Of a DNA stretch of 64,000 nucleotides, positions 18,155 through 30,516 are shown in pieces; the stretch's first letter is position 1, and every line of letters begins with the position of its first letter. The stretch comes from Candidatus Latescibacterota bacterium (GTDB taxonomy: Bacteria > Latescibacterota > UBA2968 > UBA8231). The translations under genes and the position numbers were made by a program. The stretch is taken from assembly GCA_965208105.1 (NCBI GenBank), contig OZ242318.1:4064001-4128000 (forward strand). The letters run 5' to 3'. Under the pieces are notes generated by a model. The model ran no database searches. It saw only the letters and a list, made by a program, of their open reading frames with translations, and was not told the DNA's origin.

Positions 18155-20767
18155 CTATTTCAGCAGCATAATCCCCATGGAGCGCTTGCCCTGGGCGGTG
18201 CTCAGGAGGGCCTGGTAGCGCCCGCTGGCCAGGGGTCGTCCCGCCTGGTCGGTTCCGTCCCAGGCGATTTCATAGACGCCGGGGAGTCTGTGGCCCTGGT
18301 CGATTACTCTGATCAACTGGCCGAGGCTGTTGTGGATGCTCAGACTCACCGGTCCCGGGGCCCCCAGTCGGAAGGGGATGGCCGTATGCAGATTGAAGGG
18401 ATTGGGATGATTGGGCAGAAGGATGAGCCGGCCGGCGTGCTCGGGCTCGGGGGCTACTGCCGTGGGCCAGCCCTCTGAGGTGGAGAGGATGTGATTATCG
18501 GCCAGGTGGACCTGGGTCAGCCGAGCTGCCCCGTGTGGTGTCCCGGCCTCCGGGTAGAAGCGCAGCAGCTCGCCCGCCCCGCGGGCGGGACGCGCCCCGG
18601 CAAAGGCCACTCGGGTGCCGCCGTCCAGGTGGCGGTAGTCCAGCAGGAATTCCGCCAGGTCGCGGCCCAATTCGACCCGGCCGCGGGCTCCCTCCAGCAT
18701 CAGGCGGCCTGAAGGGGCGGCTGAACGCTCGGCCATCCACACGGCCAGATAGCCAGGATGGGCCCTCAGGGCAAGCCGGGGAACGGGGGAAACTCCCTTG
18801 GTCCCCGGCCTGGGCGCAATTTGGGGATGGTTGTCTGCCTCGTCCTCCTGGACCGGGAATCGGCGGATCAGGCCAACCCGATGCTGGAGGATGAGAGAGG
18901 CGTCCAGGGGAGAGATGCTTCCGCCGGCGGAATCGAAGGCGCGGGCGTCGACGTTGGCGGCCAGTGAATCGAGACCGGTCAGGAAGGGCTCCAGCACGTG
19001 GGACAGGACCTGGGCGGCGTCGAAGGTCTGCAGCCGGCGGTTGCCGTCGGCGTCGCCGAAGAGGCCGACGATGGTTGTGGCAGCGGTTCGCGCCTCCGGG
19101 ACACCGGTCAGGGTGAGGGCGTCCTCGTAGCGCACTTCGACCCGGTCGCTGCGGGCGACGGCCAGGACGCCCTCCGACGCAGTCGGAGCCAATGGCAGCC
19201 GACCTGCAAACCGGCTGTCGTCGACGCCCGCCTCCTGCAACCTTACCAGGAGGGGACTCCCGGCGGCGTTGCGCCGGGCTTCCACGTCCACCTGCTCGCG
19301 CACCGTGGGATCCAGGTTGAGGTCAGGGTCGGTCACCAGAATCCGCAGGGTATCGCCCGGTTCGGCTGCGAAGGTGGCGGCCAGGCGGCCATCCTCGCCC
19401 CCTACCGCTAGCGAAACGCAGTGCAGCGACACACCTCCAGCCGCGTCCAGCGAATCGTCGTAGCAGGCGTTTACCGAGCTCCCCTGCCCCACTTCGATCA
19501 GTCCGTTCCCGGGCACGGGAGTTCCGCGGACGGTACTGAAGGTGCCCCGAAACAGCCCGGTCCCGGCGTCGATCTCGACCAGGTTCACCAGCTCGCTGTC
19601 GCCCCCGCCTTCAAGGCGTACCGTCAGCAGGTCGGAAGACCCGGGGTCCCGGTCCTCGTCGGCGTCCCGGGCTATCAGGATCAACCCCGTCCCGGGGAAG
19701 AGGAGCAGTGGATCGGCTTCCAGGGTGCCGGTGACGCCCGTCCACCGAAGTTTCCCATCGGTCTTGGAGACCTCCGGGGTGCCGTCGTTGAGCTGGGCGT
19801 GGGTCAGATAGAGAGGGGCCGTGGTGACCCGTCGGAGGTCCGCGGCGTCGAAGGAGAGGAGCACCAGGGTTCCGTCCTCCGCCAGCGGGTCCCCCGTGGA
19901 GGCCAGGCCGATTTTGAGGGTATTGAAGTCGGTTCCCACCACCCTGTTCTCTTGGAGGATCCAGCCGGAGGTCATATCGGTGCGGGCAACCGCCGCCGGG
20001 GCGGCGGTCAACAGGTCGGGGTGATAGGCGACGAAGAGCTCGACGGCGACAATGCCCTGGCCCGCGACCCCGGTCAGCCGCACGGGAAGATCAATGCGCG
20101 CCCCGTGGGACACCGTCGTATCGGGAAGGATGAGCCGGGGTCCCGAGAAAGGAGGCGGACCGCTCCCCGGCGCGGAGGCCGAGGCGACCCCGGGGGTGGG
20201 GTTCTCCTGTGGGGTGAAATCGGCAAGGTTGTCGTCGCTGTCGGCCCCATCGGCCGTCCGTGACAGGCTCCAGCCAGCGTTCACCTGAGGCGCGGGGTTC
20301 CCTTCGCCGGAGTTATGCTGCCCGGCATCTCCGTACTGGAGGGCGTCCACGATCTGGTCCTGGGGGTCGCGCAACTGGATCGCGTCGGGGCCGTTCTGCC
20401 AGTCCACGTTGGCCGTAAGGTCGCGGTGGGTCAGGGCCGCCCCGGTGGAATTTTCATGGGCCACGACCAGGACGCCGTCGGCTGGAATCGTCGCCCCGTC
20501 CAGAGGGATGGTGCGGTAAGTCTCCCCGCTGTTGCCGTTGACGCCGACCAGGCTCCAGCCGTCGAGAGCCATCCCGGGCTGGCCGGTGATCTCGGTGAAG
20601 GCTTCCTCGGCATCGCTGCCGGATCCGTCGTAGAGCACCTCCTGAATGAGCGGCCCCGATGCGGTCTCGCCCCCGGCCGGGTGGGCGGTGCAAAGGGTCA
20701 AGGCCAGGAGAATCCCCTGGAGAAAGGAAACCTGGAGAGAGGGAAAAACCTCGGTGCGTGTCGTCAT
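18155..20767 (-). CDS. Secreted multidomain surface protein: lamin-tail-like domain, cohesin, two Ig-like repeats, dockerin, C-terminal FlgD-Ig/sorting domain
   Basis: Signal-like N-terminus from MTTRTEV (start inferred at 20767); IQEVLYD...QNGPDAIQL (LTD); IDLPVRL..AVELFVAYHPDLL (cohesin); GDADGNRRLQTFDA...ISPLDASLILQ (dockerin); LLPNHPNPFN..IHNSLGQLIR..WDGTD (C-terminal domain). Confidence 0.75.
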   Translation of the reverse strand: MTTRTEVFPSLQVSFLQGILLALTLCTAHPAGGETASGPLIQEVLYDGSGSDAEEAFTEITGQPGMALDGWSLVGVNGNSGETYRTIPLDGATIPADGVLVVAHENSTGAALTHRDLTANVDWQNGPDAIQLRDPQDQIVDALQYGDAGQHNSGEGNPAPQVNAGWSLSRTADGADSDDNLADFTPQENPTPGVASASAPGSGPPPFSGPRLILPDTTVSHGARIDLPVRLTGVAGQGIVAVELFVAYHPDLLTAAPAAVARTDMTSGWILQENRVVGTDFNTLKIGLASTGDPLAEDGTLVLLSFDAADLRRVTTAPLYLTHAQLNDGTPEVSKTDGKLRWTGVTGTLEADPLLLFPGTGLILIARDADEDRDPGSSDLLTVRLEGGGDSELVNLVEIDAGTGLFRGTFSTVRGTPVPGNGLIEVGQGSSVNACYDDSLDAAGGVSLHCVSLAVGGEDGRLAATFAAEPGDTLRILVTDPDLNLDPTVREQVDVEARRNAAGSPLLVRLQEAGVDDSRFAGRLPLAPTASEGVLAVARSDRVEVRYEDALTLTGVPEARTAATTIVGLFGDADGNRRLQTFDAAQVLSHVLEPFLTGLDSLAANVDARAFDSAGGSISPLDASLILQHRVGLIRRFPVQEDEADNHPQIAPRPGTKGVSPVPRLALRAHPGYLAVWMAERSAAPSGRLMLEGARGRVELGRDLAEFLLDYRHLDGGTRVAFAGARPARGAGELLRFYPEAGTPHGAARLTQVHLADNHILSTSEGWPTAVAPEPEHAGRLILLPNHPNPFNLHTAIPFRLGAPGPVSLSIHNSLGQLIRVIDQGHRLPGVYEIAWDGTDQAGRPLASGRYQALLSTAQGKRSMGIMLLK

Positions 20768-21305
20768 CGCCGGATCGCCTTTGAAATGGGAGAAATTCAA
20801 GGACCCTGGGGCGTCCTGCTTCAAGGCACAAACCGTGCCAGGGTACCTTCCAGGGTTTTCCGGATGTGGGTCAATCCCTTGGCCAACAAAAGGATGGGCG
20901 GGGAGGTGGACAGCAGATAAGGACATGCCGACTGTCACCGAAGCGGAGCACCAGGTGGTGACATTAGGAGACATGCCCCGGGTTGTCGATATTGGGTCCT
21001 GGCCCGGGTCCGGGACTGCCTGGAAGCTGGTGAGGGGAGGGCGGCGGGGCAATTCCTGCCTGTTCCCTGCTGGGCTCGCAGGCTGACCGCAAAGGATTGT
21101 TAGACACCTGGCGGGAAACAACCTATTTTTTCAGAGTCCGGGTGGGCAGGGGAACTACCCTGCCTCAGGAGGCCCGAAAGGTCTCTCTGCGCCGCAGCCT
21201 GGGCACATGCGGGGCCTGAGCTGTGAGGAAGTCCGAGGAAAATTGCTGCCCGGTCGAGGCAAGGCCGAAAACCTTCCTCGACGATAATGCCCATGGAGGA
21301 AAGCT

Positions 21306-21908
21306 TTGGAAAACGGGAGCGTCATAACATCCGTCCGCGGCCGCGGCGTGGTGGTGCGCGGGGCCGACATAGATACCGACCGCATCGTCCCCGCCCGCTT
21401 TCTGCGCACAGTGACCTTTGAGGACCTGGGTGCCCACGCCTTCGCGGACGAGCGCGCCGGAGGCCGCCATCCCTTCGACCAGGCGCGCTTTAAGGGGGCG
21501 TCCATCCTTCTGGCCAACGCCAATTTCGGCTGTGGTTCGTCGCGCGAACACGCCCCGCAGGCGCTTATGCGATGGGGTATCAGGGGTTTCGTCGCCGAGT
21601 CATTCGCCGAGATTTTTCAGGGCAACTGCATAGCCCTGGGGCTGCCCTGCGTGCGCCTGGAGGCCGGGGACATGCAGGGGCTGATGGCCGCCGTGGAGGA
21701 CCATCCGGAGCAGGAGCTGGTGGTCGACCTCGAAGGCCGCAGGGTGCGCTGGTCCGGGAGTGAAGCCGCGGCCGGGATTGGCGACGGCGCTCGCGAGCAG
21801 TTTCTCAGGGGAAGCTGGGACTCCCTGGGCCAGCTGTTGGCCGCTTCCGATCAGATCGAGGGCGCCGCCTCGAAGCTGCCCTACCTCGCGGGGTTCCGCA
21901 GGAGCTGA
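21306..21908 (+). CDS. leuD: 3-isopropylmalate dehydratase small subunit
   Basis: DIDTDRIVP, NFGCGSSREHAPQAL and ESFAEIFQGN motifs; TTG start with GGAGG RBS. Confidence 0.93.
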   Translation: MENGSVITSVRGRGVVVRGADIDTDRIVPARFLRTVTFEDLGAHAFADERAGGRHPFDQARFKGASILLANANFGCGSSREHAPQALMRWGIRGFVAESFAEIFQGNCIALGLPCVRLEAGDMQGLMAAVEDHPEQELVVDLEGRRVRWSGSEAAAGIGDGAREQFLRGSWDSLGQLLAASDQIEGAASKLPYLAGFRRS

Positions 21909-21978
21909 TGCTGTGGAGAACGGTAAGATGGAGGACGCAGGATCACCAATTGGAACGAACAAGGACGGAGGAAAGTAA

Positions 21979-23037
21979 TTGCACAAAATCGCCGTACTAC
22001 CAGGAGACGGAACCGGCCCCGAGGTGGTGGCCGAAGGGCTGAAGGCACTAGATGCCGTCGCCCGCAAGACGAATTTCAAGTACGAGACCGCCAATTTCGA
22101 TTTCGGCGGCGACCGCTATCTGCGCACTGGCGAGGTTCTGCCCGATTCGGCCGTGGATGAGTTCAGGGGCTTCGACACCATCTACCTGGGGGCGATCGGC
22201 CATCCCGGGGTCAAGCCCGGCATCCTCGAAAAGGGAATTTTGCTGCGCCTGCGCTTCGAGCTGGACCAGTACATCAATCTGCGTCCGGTCAAGCTCTATC
22301 CCAACGTGGACACTCCCCTCAAGGACAAGGGACCCGAGGACATCGACTTCGTGGTGGTGCGCGAGAACACGGAGGGGATCTACACCGGCTCCGGCGGCTT
22401 CCACAAGAAGGGCACTCCGGACGAGGTCGCGGTCCAGGAGTCCATCAATACCCGGAAGGGGGTGGAGCGCTGCGTGCGCTACGCTTTCGACTACACCAGG
22501 AATCGCAACCGCAAGAAGACCCTGACCCTTTGCGGCAAGACCAACGTGCTTACTTTCGCCTTCGATCTGTGGGAGCGCACGTTCAACGAGGTGGGCGAGG
22601 CCGACTACGGGGATATCGACCGGGACTACGCCCACGTGGATGCCATCTGCATGTGGATGGTAAAGAACCCCGAGTGGTTCGACGTGATCGTCACCGACAA
22701 TATCTTTGGCGATATAATCACCGACCTGGGCGCGATGATCCAGGGAGGGATGGGGATTGCCGCGGGAGGCAATATCAATCCCGAGGGTGTTTCCATGTTC
22801 GAGCCCATCGGCGGCTCGGCCCCCAAATACACCGGAAAGAACGTCATCAATCCCATGGCGGCAATCGCCGCCTGCCAGCTTCTGCTGGACGTCCTCGGCG
22901 AGGCCGAGGGGGCGAGGATCCTCGAAGATGCCATCGTTTCCGTCCTGGGCAGGTTGGAGGATATGGGCGCAGGCAGGATGGGATTTTCCACCACGGAGGT
23001 GGGGGATATGGTGGCCCAGGCGGTGGCCGACGCCTAG
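21979..23037 (+). CDS. leuB: 3-isopropylmalate dehydrogenase
   Basis: LPGDGTGPEV, VRENTEG, DNIFGDIITD and FEPIGGSAP motifs; follows leuD. Confidence 0.9.
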   Translation: MHKIAVLPGDGTGPEVVAEGLKALDAVARKTNFKYETANFDFGGDRYLRTGEVLPDSAVDEFRGFDTIYLGAIGHPGVKPGILEKGILLRLRFELDQYINLRPVKLYPNVDTPLKDKGPEDIDFVVVRENTEGIYTGSGGFHKKGTPDEVAVQESINTRKGVERCVRYAFDYTRNRNRKKTLTLCGKTNVLTFAFDLWERTFNEVGEADYGDIDRDYAHVDAICMWMVKNPEWFDVIVTDNIFGDIITDLGAMIQGGMGIAAGGNINPEGVSMFEPIGGSAPKYTGKNVINPMAAIAACQLLLDVLGEAEGARILEDAIVSVLGRLEDMGAGRMGFSTTEVGDMVAQAVADA

Positions 23038-23041
23038 GTCG

Positions 23042-24655
<1,614 letters not shown>

Positions 24656-24660
24656 AGACC

Positions 24661-25860
24661 GTGAAAGTACTCGAAGGCGGAGGGGTCACATCCCCGAGTG
24701 GATACCTGGCGGCGGGAATCCGCACCGGGGTCAAGGAGTCCGGCGGCAGGGATCTGGCGCTGGTGTACTCCACGCGGCCGGCGCATGCCGCCGCGGTCTA
24801 CACCACCAACAAGGTCCAGGGAGCTCCGATCGCCGTCGACCGCGAGCATCTTGCCGACGGCAGGGCGCGGGCGGTCATCCTCAACAGCGGCGTCGCCAAT
24901 GTCTGCAACGGAGACCAGGGCCTGGAACACGCCAGGCGGATGTGTGCCTTGACGGCGAGCGAGCTCGGCCTGCATACGGAGGAGGTGCTGGTTTGCTCCA
25001 CCGGGCTGATAGGGGTGCCGCTTCCCATCGACAAGATCGAAGCGGGCATCCCGAGGATCGCGGCAGCCTTGTCCCCCGAAGGCGGGGCGGAGGCCGCCGC
25101 GGCGATCATGACCACGGACACGGTTGCCAAGAGTTGCGCCGTCGAGGTCGAGCTGGAGTCGGGCGGGGCGGTTGTAGGGGCGATGGCCAAGGGCGCCGCA
25201 ATGATCGCCCCCGACATGGCCACCATGTTGTCGGTGGTGACCACGGACGCGGCCGTGCCCCAAGGGCAGCTGCAGGAAATGCTGTCGCGGGCGGTACGTC
25301 CCACCTTCAACTGCGTCACCGTCGACGGGGACATGAGCACCAGCGACACCGTGATTTTGATGGCCAACGGCGAAAGCCCGGAGGAGAGGCTGGGTCCCCG
25401 GGACTCCGAGCGCCTCTACGAGGGAATCGAGTACGCCTGCCGGCAGATGGCCCGGGCCATCGCCGGGGACGCCGAGGGCTCGTCCAAGCTGATCGCCATT
25501 GTGGTGCGCGGCGCCGCCTCCGAGGTCGAGGCGAGGCGGGTCGGCCTGTCGGTGGCCAACTCGAACCTGGTCAAGACCGCCGCCTTCGGCAACGATCCCA
25601 ACTGGGGGCGCATCCTCTGCGCCATGGGGTACTCCGGGGTCGACTTCGATCCGGATAGGGCGCGGGTATCCCTGTGCGGTACCGGGATCTACGCTGACGG
25701 CTCCGGTCTCGACTTCGACGCCGGCAAGCTGAGCGCGGACATGGACGCGGACGAGATGGCCATCGAAATCGACCTGGCGATGGGTGCGGCGTCCGCCCAG
25801 ATCTTCACCAGCGATCTCACCTACGAGTACGTGCGCCTGAACGCGGAGTACACCACCTGA
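24661..25860 (+). CDS. argJ: Bifunctional ornithine acetyltransferase / N-acetylglutamate synthase
   Basis: NSGVAN, CSTGLIG, IMTTDT, KGAAMIAPDMATML (autocleavage Thr) and DPNWGRI motifs; GTG start at 24661. Confidence 0.93.
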   Translation: MKVLEGGGVTSPSGYLAAGIRTGVKESGGRDLALVYSTRPAHAAAVYTTNKVQGAPIAVDREHLADGRARAVILNSGVANVCNGDQGLEHARRMCALTASELGLHTEEVLVCSTGLIGVPLPIDKIEAGIPRIAAALSPEGGAEAAAAIMTTDTVAKSCAVEVELESGGAVVGAMAKGAAMIAPDMATMLSVVTTDAAVPQGQLQEMLSRAVRPTFNCVTVDGDMSTSDTVILMANGESPEERLGPRDSERLYEGIEYACRQMARAIAGDAEGSSKLIAIVVRGAASEVEARRVGLSVANSNLVKTAAFGNDPNWGRILCAMGYSGVDFDPDRARVSLCGTGIYADGSGLDFDAGKLSADMDADEMAIEIDLAMGAASAQIFTSDLTYEYVRLNAEYTT

Positions 25861-25876
25861 ATTTCCCCGCTCCATC

Positions 25877-27073
25877 ATGTCTCTCTCCAAAACCGTACAG
25901 AGGATACAGGATTCGGTGACCATGGCGGTCGCCGCCAAGGCCGCGGCCATGCAGCGCGACGGCGCGGACGTGATCTCCCTGGCGGCAGGTGAGCCCGACT
26001 TCGACACTCCCCGAAACATCAAGGACGCGGCGGTGCGCGCCATCCGGGAGGGTTTCACCAAGTACGTGGCGCCGGGGTCGGGAATGATTCAGCTCAAGGA
26101 GGCGATTTGCACCAAGTTCAGAGAGGATAACGGGCTCGAATACGGCACCGAGCAGATCATCGTCAACAGCGGTGTCAAACACTCCCTCTTCCTGGCTGTC
26201 CTTGCCCTGCTCGATCCGGGGGACGAGGTGATCGTCCCTGCGCCATACTGGGTCACCTACAAGGAACAGCCGCGGCTGGTGGGAGCTGAGCCGGTGATCG
26301 TTCCAACCCGGGCCGAGAACGGACTCAAGCTCACGGCCGCTGAACTGCGCCGGGCGATCACTCCCAGGACGCGGATGCTGATCCTGTGCAGTCCCGCCAA
26401 TCCCAGCGGCGCCGTCTACTCCAGGGAGGAGCTGGGGCGACTGGCCGAAGTGGCCGTGGAGCACGAGCTCCATGTTCTGAGCGACGAGATCTACGAGAAG
26501 CTGATCTACGACGGAGCCAGGCACCACTCCATAGCGGCACTGGGAAGCGAGATCAAGGATCTCACCATCGTGACCAATGGGGTCTCCAAGGCCTATGCCA
26601 TGACGGGTTGGCGCATTGGCTATGCGGGGGCCAGAAAAGAGATCATCGCGGCGATGTACAAGCTCCAGAGCCAGGAACTGACCCACCCCTCGTCCATCTC
26701 CCAGCGCGCTGCAATCGAGGCCTTGACAGGCCCCCAGGACTTTCTGCCCGAAATGGTGTCCGCCTTCGACTCCCGCCGGCGCTTCATGGCCGAGCGCCTC
26801 AATGCCATGCCGGGAGTGAAGTGCCCCATGCCTCAGGGCACTTTCTACGCCTTCCCCGACGTTTCGGGGACCTTTGGACGGGCTGCCGGGCCCTGGAGGA
26901 TCGCCGACTCTGTGAGCCTTTGCGAGTACCTGCTCCATCGGGCAATGGTTGCCTGCGTACCCGGCGCGGGATTCGGCACGGGTGAGCACCTGCGTCTCTC
27001 ATACGCCACCGCCATGGAGGATATCGAGAAGGCCATGGATCGAATGGCAGAGGCGCTGGGCGAGCTCGGCTGA
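25877..27073 (+). CDS. PLP-dependent class I aminotransferase (aspartate aminotransferase-like)
   Basis: GEPDFDTP, SPANPSG, SDEIYE and SKAYAMTGWRIG motifs. Confidence 0.9.
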   Translation: MSLSKTVQRIQDSVTMAVAAKAAAMQRDGADVISLAAGEPDFDTPRNIKDAAVRAIREGFTKYVAPGSGMIQLKEAICTKFREDNGLEYGTEQIIVNSGVKHSLFLAVLALLDPGDEVIVPAPYWVTYKEQPRLVGAEPVIVPTRAENGLKLTAAELRRAITPRTRMLILCSPANPSGAVYSREELGRLAEVAVEHELHVLSDEIYEKLIYDGARHHSIAALGSEIKDLTIVTNGVSKAYAMTGWRIGYAGARKEIIAAMYKLQSQELTHPSSISQRAAIEALTGPQDFLPEMVSAFDSRRRFMAERLNAMPGVKCPMPQGTFYAFPDVSGTFGRAAGPWRIADSVSLCEYLLHRAMVACVPGAGFGTGEHLRLSYATAMEDIEKAMDRMAEALGELG

Positions 27074-27171
27074 TGAAGAGTGGCAACCCCGGAAGGGATG
27101 AACAGGCCGGCCTCCATCGGTGTCTATGAGCCTGTAGCACAAATACCGAAAAATACCGAAGGATCGGAAGA

Positions 27172-28140
27172 ATGAACGCCAACGAAGCCTTCCATCTCGA
27201 CTTCGAGCGGCCCATCGTCGAGTTGGAGAAGAAAATCGAGGAAATCCACAACCAGACGAGCCAGGTGGACGGTCTCGACTTGAGCAAGGAATTGCAGGGT
27301 CTGGAAGAAAAGGTCGAGAAGATGCGCCGGGAGATCTACTCCGACCTTACTCCCTGGCAGCGGGTGCAGATCTCCCGCCATCCGCATCGTCCCTACGCCC
27401 TAGATTACATCGATCGCTGCCTGACCGACTTCACCGAGCTCCACGGCGACCGCACATACGGCGACGATCCGTCCGTGGTGGGAGGACCGGCGAGGCTGGA
27501 TGGAGAGCCGGTCATGGTCATCGGCATGCAAAGTGGACGCAACATGGAGGAGCGCCAGCGCCGCAACTTTGGCATGCCGCACCCGGAGGGATATCGCAAG
27601 GCGTTGCGCCTCATGAAGATGGCGGCCAAATTCAAGCGCCCGGTGCTGAATCTCGTCGATACCTCGGGTGCCTATCCCGGCATAGAGGCCGAGGAGCGCG
27701 GCCAGGCCGAGGCCATCGCCAGGAATCTGTTCGAGATGTCCCACCTGCCGGTCCCCATTGTCGTCGCGATCATCGGCCAGGGCGCCAGCGGCGGGGCGCT
27801 GGGAACAGCCGTTGGGGACCGCATCCTGATGATGGAGAACGCCTGGTACTGCGTGATCGCCCCGGAGAGTTGTTCCACCATTCTCTTCAAGACCCGTGAC
27901 CGCAAGGAAGAGGCAACGGATGCTCTCAAGCTGACCGCTGTGGACCTGGAGAAGCAGGGCATCATCGACCGCATCGTTCCCGAGCCGTTCGGAGGAGCCC
28001 ATCGCGACTACGACGAGGCTGCCGCCAGCCTGAAGAGCCATGTGCGGGAAGCGCTGGCCGAGCTGCGTCCGCTTCCCCCGGACGAACTCGTACGGCAGCG
28101 CATCGGGAAATTCGCCGCCATGAGCAAGTGGAAAGACTGA
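27172..28140 (+). CDS. accA: Acetyl-CoA carboxylase carboxyltransferase alpha subunit
   Basis: [38 protein letters not shown] and GGAH motifs. Confidence 0.95.
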   Translation: MNANEAFHLDFERPIVELEKKIEEIHNQTSQVDGLDLSKELQGLEEKVEKMRREIYSDLTPWQRVQISRHPHRPYALDYIDRCLTDFTELHGDRTYGDDPSVVGGPARLDGEPVMVIGMQSGRNMEERQRRNFGMPHPEGYRKALRLMKMAAKFKRPVLNLVDTSGAYPGIEAEERGQAEAIARNLFEMSHLPVPIVVAIIGQGASGGALGTAVGDRILMMENAWYCVIAPESCSTILFKTRDRKEEATDALKLTAVDLEKQGIIDRIVPEPFGGAHRDYDEAAASLKSHVREALAELRPLPPDELVRQRIGKFAAMSKWKD

Positions 28141-28167
28141 AAATCGGCCCGGGTCGGGAAAAAATGG

Positions 28168-28200
28168 AAAGCCCCCATCCGCCATGGACAGGGGGCTTTT
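28168..28200 (+). terminator. Intrinsic terminator after accA
   Basis: AAAGCCCCC ... GGGGGCTTTT stem with short T-run. Confidence 0.6.
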
Positions 28201-28212
28201 CAGTTGGGGAAA

Positions 28213-28380
28213 CTTGCGTCCCGCCGCAGAAATGTGTCGCCATTATTCCGCCGATCCATCCCGGCTCACGGCGTTGCCTTCACTCGCCGTACTCTACTGG
28301 TACGACTCGCTCAGGCGCCTTGTGAGCCTGGCGCCTCGGCGGCTCAATTTCGTCAACCTATCTCTGCGACGGGACACTAG
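28213..28380. mobile_element. 168-bp MITE-like palindromic element, copy 1
   Basis: Near reverse complement of 55996-56163. Imperfect terminal inverted repeats CTTGCGTCCCGCCGCAGA ... TCTGCGACGGGACACTAG; the terminal CTAG contains the stop codon of the 28377-29093 gene. Confidence 0.8.
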
Positions 28381-29093
28381 GATCGCTTGATGCGGTCTAT
28401 GAGGCGTTCCAAACGGTCGAAGGCCACCCGGATCATATCCTCGTCCCAATCTCCGTCGACGTTGATCCTGACAATATTCTGCACTGCATCGAGATAGGCT
28501 TTCTGTGCTTCTGACAGGCTTTTGGGAGTATTGGCGGAAGCCTTGCTCTGCTGTGCCGGTACGCGGGAGTGCCTGCTCTCGCGCACCGGTTCGGCGGCCG
28601 GCTGTGGAGCAGCGGGTTTTACGTCCAGCTCGCTGAAATCAGCCTCGGTGAGCAGGTACTTGAAGAACATCTTCATCTTGTTTGCCGAGTCCTTGCCCAT
28701 GTCAGTCTGCTGGCGAAAGAAATCGACGATTTCGCCGTCGGCCATGGAGCCGTTGCTCCCCTGCCACTTCTCCAGTAGTTCCGGATAGAGATCCTGGAGT
28801 ATTTCGGCCACGGCCGATTTGCGATCCTTTTGGGAGGCCAGGCGCTGCAGGCGCTCGGTGGGCCGCTGGTCCCGGTCTATCAGCTGCATGGCCTGAATTC
28901 CGCGCAGAAAGCGGTGGATCATCGAGGGAGTGCGGATGATGGCCCGGACATAGTCGCGGTCGATGAGTTCCGGAGTCTTGCTTTCGAGGCGCAGGATGAA
29001 TTTTTCGAACTGGGCCTTGGTGATGTAGGGATACCAGGTTTTCCCCTGTTTCCCCTGCCCATTTTCCTTGGCCCCGGAGTTTTCCTCTGTCAT
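28377..29093 (-). CDS. Hypothetical protein, DUF5343-like
   Basis: 238-aa ORF with GGAG RBS; the YPY...IDRDY...LID...PT...FF...K...FF pattern recalls DUF5343 (family call tentative). Confidence 0.6.
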   Translation of the reverse strand: MTEENSGAKENGQGKQGKTWYPYITKAQFEKFILRLESKTPELIDRDYVRAIIRTPSMIHRFLRGIQAMQLIDRDQRPTERLQRLASQKDRKSAVAEILQDLYPELLEKWQGSNGSMADGEIVDFFRQQTDMGKDSANKMKMFFKYLLTEADFSELDVKPAAPQPAAEPVRESRHSRVPAQQSKASANTPKSLSEAQKAYLDAVQNIVRINVDGDWDEDMIRVAFDRLERLIDRIKRS

Positions 29094-29178
29094 TTATTGT
29101 TCTCCATATCTGATTTGAAGGGTAGAGCGAAAGAAGCCCCGAGGACAGAGCGCTGAACGCTGTGAAGGGGGCACCGGA

Positions 29179-29535
29179 TCAATCCTCGGGGAAGTCGACC
29201 GTTACCGTAGTATGTATGCCTCCGCGCACGTTGAAGTCTCCCACCACCCTCATTCGGCGTGGTGCGCAGGCGGCCACCAGGTCGGAGAGAATCTTGTTGG
29301 CGGCTGCTTCGTGGAAGATGCCTTCCTGGCGATAGGACCACAGGTAGAGCTTGAGGGATTTGAGCTCAATGCAGAGCTGGTCGGGTACGTAGCTCAGGTG
29401 AATGGTGCCGAAGTCCGGCTGGCCGGTTTTCGGACATACCGTGGTGAACTCCGGGCATTCCATTTCTATGGTGTAGTCCCTTTCGGGCTGGGGATTTGGA
29501 AAGGTATCGAGCTTCTTGCTGGGTTCTGCCGCCAT
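29179..29535 (-). CDS. queF: preQ0 reductase
   Basis: [30 protein letters not shown] and RGGI motifs; start trimmed to MAAEPS. Confidence 0.95.
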   Translation of the reverse strand: MAAEPSKKLDTFPNPQPERDYTIEMECPEFTTVCPKTGQPDFGTIHLSYVPDQLCIELKSLKLYLWSYRQEGIFHEAAANKILSDLVAACAPRRMRVVGDFNVRGGIHTTVTVDFPED

Positions 29536-29611
29536 GATAGATATGTAGAAAGGTAGGGGGTTTTCTTGGCGGATCAAGCTTTTATTCCGCCGGCCCGGGA
29601 GGTCCCTCTCC

Positions 29612-30283
29612 TTACCCGGCGCGGGATGCGGGATCCTCGATCCCGGCGGCGCGAAATCCTCTGCGCCGCAGAATGCAGCTGTGACAGCGGCCACAGGCCG
29701 TTTCTTCGTTCTGGTAGCAGGACCAGGTAAGGTGCAGCGGGGCGGACAGTTCGACGCCGCGTTGAATGATGGCGGCTTTGTCGAAGGCAAGCAATGGAGT
29801 CCTCACCTGGACCGGTACCTGGGATCGAGCGCAGGCCGCGATCATCCGGTTGTAGGCGTCGAAAAATTCCCCGCGGCAGTCGGGATAGGTCGTCTCCGCT
29901 TCGTGAGCCCCGATGAAAACGGCACGGGCGCCCGCGGCCTCCGCCCACGCCACCCCTATCCCCAGGATATTGGCGTTGCGAAAGGGAACGTAGGTGGATG
30001 GGTTGCTCTCCCGCAGGGAAATCTCGCCTTCGGGCACGGGGATGCTGCGGTCGATCAGACTGGAAGTGCCAATCTGCTTCATGTAGGAAACATCCACGAC
30101 CATGCGCCGGTCGACCCTGTAGTGGGAGGCGATTTCCGCGAAGGCGCGCAATTCGCGGCGCTCGGTGCGCTGGCGATAGTTGATGTGGAGAAACGCCAGT
30201 TCGTGCTCGAGGGCAGCCAAAGCAGCGGTAACGCAACTGTCGAGCCCGCCGCTGACCAGGACGACGGCAAGGGGAAGAGACAC
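29612..30283 (-). CDS. queC: 7-cyano-7-deazaguanine synthase
   Basis: [18 protein letters not shown] and TWSCY..CGRCHSC motifs; GTG start with GAGGT RBS. Confidence 0.95.
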   Translation of the reverse strand: MSLPLAVVLVSGGLDSCVTAALAALEHELAFLHINYRQRTERRELRAFAEIASHYRVDRRMVVDVSYMKQIGTSSLIDRSIPVPEGEISLRESNPSTYVPFRNANILGIGVAWAEAAGARAVFIGAHEAETTYPDCRGEFFDAYNRMIAACARSQVPVQVRTPLLAFDKAAIIQRGVELSAPLHLTWSCYQNEETACGRCHSCILRRRGFRAAGIEDPASRAG

Positions 30284-30516
30284 TTGGACACCTCGGAACG
30301 GAATCAGACAGGGGAGCGGAGGATATTGCAAGCCAAATTGCCCCGAAACCTTAAAAAGGGCGCGGGCAGGTATCAAGTCAACCCTGCTGGAAGGGCCTGG
30401 ATGGAACCGGAATCCTCCTATTGCGCGACCTCCAGGTGGGATGGATATTTATCGGACTCTTGAGAAACAAGGCCCGATGCCTTTGCCAACAGGCGCCGGG
30501 CCGAGGAGACCTCCAT

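Noticed and set aside
30284-30516. preQ1 or glycine riboswitch between queC and the GcvT-family gene
   Set aside because: I could not find the consensus elements of either riboswitch by eye; an Rfam cmscan would be the definitive test.
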